A stretch of DNA of 64,000 nucleotides from Mobula hypostoma (Eukaryota). The DNA lies in the NCBI RefSeq assembly GCF_963921235.1, contig NC_086108.1, positions 101,310,001-101,374,000 of the forward strand, in the 5' to 3' direction. The position numbers and the translations under genes were made by a program. Positions 62,555 to 64,000 of this stretch are shown here, in pieces. The number at the start of each line of letters is the position of its first letter. The stretch's first letter is position 1. Below the pieces are notes generated by a model. It saw nothing but the letters and a program-made list of their open reading frames with translations, ran no database searches and was not told the origin of the DNA.

Positions 62555-63653
62555 GAAGTCCGTATTCTGGTTCACGGTCCGGTCCATCAACCCTTGCTCC
62601 AGGATTTCCAGTCTACCCTGTTTCTGTTCTTATTGAGCTCTAATTGAGGCAGCTGATGCTTGTTGGGGCTGGCTGCATAAATACCTTCAGAGACCAGGGC
62701 GTGGCTGCTGGATTGTTCTTGTCCTTACTCCTTGTATCCCTTCCCCTGCCTTCTGTTTCCTCGTCTGAAGCCTTGCCTGGTTTTTCCAGTAACTCTTGCC
62801 TCATCTGAAGTTCTCGTTTCGCCTTGCATTGCCTGAAGCCTTGCCTGGTCTTGCTGGTAACTCTCACTTCGTCTCACCTTCAGTCTTGTCCTGGAGCCAC
62901 CCCGTACCTAGCTCCCTTTCTGTCCCTTGCCTCCGCCGGGTAAGTCAGGCTGTCTTGCCATTACCCTGTGGCTGGTTCTGTCCCTTCCTGTCCCTTGCCT
63001 CTGTCGGGTAAGCCAGGCCACATTGCCGTTACCTACGGTTGGTTCTGTCCCTTCCTGTCCCTTGGCTCCATCGGGTGGTGATCCGCGCCCTGCCCAGGAG
63101 TAGCCTCCAGCCTCCTGCCTTCTGCCAAGCCTCACCTCTAGTCTCAAGCCTGAAGAATCCAGCCTCCTGCCAAGCCTCGCCTCTAGTCTCTAGCCTCTAG
63201 CCTCAAGCCTGAAGAATCCAGCCTCCTGCCAAGCCTCGCCTCTAGTCTCTAGCCTCTAGCCTCCTGCCAAGCCTCGCCTCAAGTCTCTGCCTCTAGCCTC
63301 CTGCCAAGCCTTGCCTCAAGTCTCTGCCTCTAGCCTCCTGCCAAGCCTCACCTCAAGTCTCTAGCCTCTAGCCTCAAGCCTGAAGACTCCAGCCTCGTCC
63401 TGCCTGCCAGCCAAGCCTTCTCCTTGCCTAGTTCTGGGGTCCGAGCCAGAGGCAAGACCCAGGTACTGGGTCCTTGTCCAGTCTCTGGCTCGGAGTCCAA
63501 GCCTGGGCTCCTAGCTCTCTTGTCCAGTCCTGTTCCGGGTTCCCGGTTTTCGTGTCCATGTCCTTGCCCTCACCGTGTATCCTAGTCCTGTCCCAAGTAC
63601 TTCAGTGTCTGTGTCTTGCATTTGGGTCCGTTCCTAGCCACCGCCCTATGACA
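62555..63653 (+). mobile_element. Solo LTR-like element (family A), first about 20 bp missing
   Basis: Homologous ends to 2855-4170, ends TATGACA, TSD GAAGT (62550-62554, 63654-63658). Confidence 0.75.
63100..63400. repeat. Minisatellite inside LTR
   Basis: gcctcctgccaagcctc(g/a)cctc(t/a)agtctct(a)gcctcta units, about 6 imperfect copies. Confidence 0.85.
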
Positions 63654-64000
63654 GAAGTTCACATCTACAGATGTGTTGGGCTGTCTGCACCACTCTCTGT
63701 AGAGTCCTGTGTTTGAGGGAAGTATAGTTCCCATAACAGGCAGTGATGAAGCCAGTCAGGATGCTTTCAATTGTGTCCCTATAGAAAGTTCTTAGTATTT
63801 GGGGGACCATATCAAACCTCTTCAACCGTCTGAGATGAAATAGGCGCTGTTATGCCTTTTTCACTACACAGCCAGTATGTACAGACCACATCTGGTTTTA
63901 CTGCAGTATTGCAGTACATGTAGTAATTTGTAGAGCAACAGAGTCATAGAAAAGTACAGCACAGAAACAGTCCTTTTGGCCCATCTAGTCTGTGCTGGCC

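Larger units (their letters stand above)
62245..63890 (-). mobile_element. Rex1/Babar-type fragment split by an LTR
   Basis: (ATTCA)n tail at about 62241-62255. Minus strand gives DSFFHQAIKLLN and GEKGIT...RRLKRF-like segments. Confidence 0.65.

Noticed and set aside
63100..63400. CRISPR-like array
   Set aside because: Contiguous degenerate units without unique spacers, no cas genes, eukaryotic context.

Overview
Eukaryotic, repeat-saturated vertebrate DNA. The mix of CR1/HER1-like LINEs, HE1/V-SINE-like SINEs, Penelope-like elements (PLEs) and Rex1 suggests a cartilaginous fish, probably a ray (inference). Most of the window is nested transposable elements: many CR1 LINEs on both strands, one full-length but inactivated L1 with an exact target-site duplication (5898-11540), an L2-type LINE, PLEs whose termini carry minimal hammerhead-ribozyme motifs, young Rex1/Babar 3' fragments, five solo-LTR-like elements, a hAT MITE and V-SINEs. 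The only host-gene signal I can support is a two-exon, minus-strand remnant of a CLCA (calcium-activated chloride channel regulator) gene. It has in-frame stops and a lost splice acceptor, so it is a pseudogene. I found no intact host CDS and no firm evidence of a new system. The best leads are a solo LTR carrying a tRNA-Glu-like Pol III module, a short element with an HDV-ribozyme-like topology, and the PLE hammerhead and palindrome structures. Boundaries of degraded elements are approximate and were read by eye; family names rest on recognised motifs, not database searches.
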